A stretch of 64,000 nt of DNA from Octopus sinensis. Taxonomy: Eukaryota. The position numbers and the translations under genes were made by a program. Where the stretch lies: positions 88,412,001 through 88,476,000 of the forward strand of contig NC_043003.1 in assembly GCF_006345805.1 (NCBI RefSeq). Direction: 5' to 3'. The notes beneath the pieces are model-generated. The model was not told the DNA's origin. It ran no database searches and saw nothing but the letters and a program-made list of their open reading frames with translations. The stretch's first letter is position 1. Each line of letters opens with the position of its first letter. Positions 61,330 through 64,000 of this stretch are shown here, in pieces.

Positions 61330-64000
61330 CAGGGGTGGGCAAACTACGGCCCGCGGGCCGCATGCGGCCCGCCGAGAGCTTTTATGAATCCCAGCTTCTA
61401 TGCAGATACTTTGTAACTGTTTCAGTTGTACGGTAATTCACAATAGTTAGCATTTTATTTCAGTTCACTGTTTCGCGCCTTCACAAAATTGTCCGCTGTT
61501 TGTTTGTTTCAGCTACTGTGAAGCGATGAAAAATTTCGAGAAATATTCCCATGACATCATAATAAAACACATTTCCGGGTGAAGATATCTTTTCTGTATT
61601 TTCTCGTCAGACCCTACAAACTCAAAAATTAATAGAACAATGAAACAAGTATTGTGGCAATACAACGAGTCAATCGATATGCTTGAAACATTCAAATAAA
61701 TAAATCACGTGTTAGATGGGGAAGAGGGCATGATGGACGATGCGTTTCGTTCCAATGAAGAAGCCGGCCAGGTTAATAAAAGGGCTTGAACCAGCTTTTT
61801 CTGGACACAGAGCTGTGGTTGGTTATCATTCACTCTATCGATTATTTGAATTTAGTACAGACACGAGTGTTTCAAACTAGCTTTTGTTGTCTGATAAAAT
61901 TTACCCAAAATGAGTTGTTCGAAGCTATCTAAAAAATTGAAGAGGAATGTTGTGTTTTTAATGAAAATTGGACTGAAAAGTATTTCTTTACCGACGTTGG
62001 AGTGAAAGCTGCATGTTTGATTTGTTCTGAAACAGTTGCTGTGTTCAAGGAATATAATTTGAAACGCCACTTTCAAACGAAGCACGCCAATTTTGGACAC
62101 AATTTATCAAAACAAGAACTGCAAAAGAAAGCAAATGATCTGACAAAACGTTTGAAGCAACAGCAAAATGTGTTTGATAAAACTTCCTCTTTACAAAGGA
62201 ACGCGACAAAGACAAGTTTTATATTGGCCAACAAAATTGCAAAGCAAAACAAGTCATTCGCAGAAGCAGAATTTATCAAAGATTGTATGGTTGATGCTGT
62301 CAGCGTTGTGTGTCCTGAAGTTAAGTCAAAAGTAGAAGCCATTTCCCTGTCACGAAGAACTATTGTTCGTCGCATTGATGCAATTGCCGTGAATATTCAT
62401 GAACAGCTGTTAACAGCCAGTGGTCGATTTCAGTGGTTTTTCTATTGCTTTAGATGAGAGTACTGATATTCAGGATACTGCTCAGTTACTCATTTACATC
62501 AGAGGAATTGACGAAAACTTTGAAATTACAGAGGAATTGTTATCTATGGAGTCTCTCAAAGACACTACTACTGGAAAAGATTTGTTCAACAGTGTCATTA
62601 ACAGTTCAATCAGGTCTGGATTAACCCTAAATAAACTGGCCAGCATTACAACCGATGGAGCTCCTTCACTCACCGGTAAATATTCCGGCCTTGTGAAGTT
62701 GTTGAATGACAAAATCAAAGATTTTCCACTACACAGTGTGTTGTCTTTTCACTGCATCATACATCAAGAAAGCCTTTGTAAGTCATCTTTAAAACTCAAA
62801 CATGTCATCGAACCTGTGGTGCGTGCAGTGAATTTAATAAGATCACGGGGATTGAAACACAGGCAATTCCGAAGTTTCTTGGAGGATGTGGAGGCTGATT
62901 TTACTGATGTGCTGTACTACACAAATGTCCGCTGGTTAAGCATTGGAAAAGTTCTTAAGAGAGTATGGGACCTCAAAGCAGAGATTCTTATGTTTCTCAA
63001 AATGCAAGACATCTCCTGTGACTTTTTAAACGAAATGGAGAGTGACGAATGGGTTTGTGATTTTGCATTTGCTGTGGACATAATGCAGAAGCTGAATGAA
63101 CTTAACACAAAACTGCAAGGCAACGGTATATTTGCTCATGAATTGTACCTGGAAGTGAAAGCTTTTCAATGGAAGCTTGGACTTTTTGCCAAGCAGCTGA
63201 ATGAGCAAAAATTTATTCACTTCCCTCTGCTGAAAACACAGTCTGTTACACAAGAATCATCGGACAAGTACAGTTCCCAGTTGATGGCTTTACAAAAGGA
63301 ATTCATTAGAAGATTTGCTGATTTCAAGGCAGTTGAAGGCCTGTTCGATTTGCTTAACTCACCTCTTGTCTGTGACATTGAAACAACTACCGAGGAACTG
63401 CAGATAGAACTGATTCATTTGCAAGCCGACAATTCTTTAAAGATGATGTTTGAAAGTAAACCACTGGTCGAGTTTTATGCTTCTCTACATTCAAAAAAGT
63501 TTCAAAATCTTAAAAAATTTGCAAGAAAGATGTTTGTGTTGTTTGCATCAACTTACATATATGAGCAGACTTTCTCCATCATGAAAATTAACAAGGGGAA
63601 GAATCGATCACTTCTCACAGACTCAAATCTTCAGTCAGTGTTAAGAATCAGCACCAGCAACTTGACACCTAATTTTGACAAACTGGTAAATGACAGTAGT
63701 CAGCTGCATCATTCTCATTGACATTGTTATTTACAGAGCCGCTTTGTTTTTCAAATAAATGCTTCAGGTGACGTTTCTAATTTCAGATATCAATTCATAT
63801 TAATAAACTGTTATTTCTCTTTAAAATCTTTTATTTTGGGTATCCTAGAATTTAAGTATAATATTCATCATGGTTGTCCATAATATTAAGAGGTGGTTGT
63901 CCACAATTAGTTGGCAATTTGTAAGCAATAACAGGCTGTCCAAAATAACCGAGGTTCCTGTAATAATTTCAACTATAGGAGCAAATAACCGAAAACCATG
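61330..64000 (+). mobile_element. hAT transposon (SPIN/GTF2IRD2-like Buster group); transposase 61910-63721 with two frameshifts; right end outside the window
   Basis: TIR CAGGGGTGGGCAAACTACGGCCCGCGGGCC, preceded by an NNNTANNN site (ACATATAC). CLICSETVAVFKEYNLKRHFQTKH, SIALDESTDIQDTAQL, TTDGAPS, HCIIHQE, VRWLS and FASTYIYEQTFS. Confidence 0.93.

Overview
AT-rich eukaryotic genomic DNA, most likely an octopus. This is inferred from the repeat repertoire: RTE LINEs with (GAT)n tails, tRNA-derived SINEs and very large (TA)n/(CA)n arrays. The only host gene I can support is UDP-glucose 6-dehydrogenase (UGDH) on the minus strand. Its start-codon exon is at 12116-12284 and the next exon at 4315-4452; the gene continues off the left edge. 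Almost everything else is transposon-derived: RTE, CR1-group and R4/Dong-like LINEs, Penelope-like elements (PLEs), two internally deleted Gypsy LTR elements, Tc1 and mariner elements, three hAT elements, several Helitrons and SINEs. There is a 100-N gap at 35000-35099. Most listed ORFs are TE fragments, antisense shadows or microsatellite translations. The most interesting signals are: (1) a 39-nt copy of the primer tRNA-Trp 3' half, ending at the base after position 37, fixed inside a Gypsy element; (2) six minimal type I hammerhead ribozyme motifs in PLE-type terminal regions, three with complete cores; (3) a perfect CTAG|TC head-to-tail Helitron junction; (4) a PLE with an inverted terminal repeat and long Asn-rich inserts; (5) RTE 3' UTRs carrying a variable ~60-bp hairpin minisatellite, plus fold-back insertions. 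All alignments and folds were done by eye; no searches were run.
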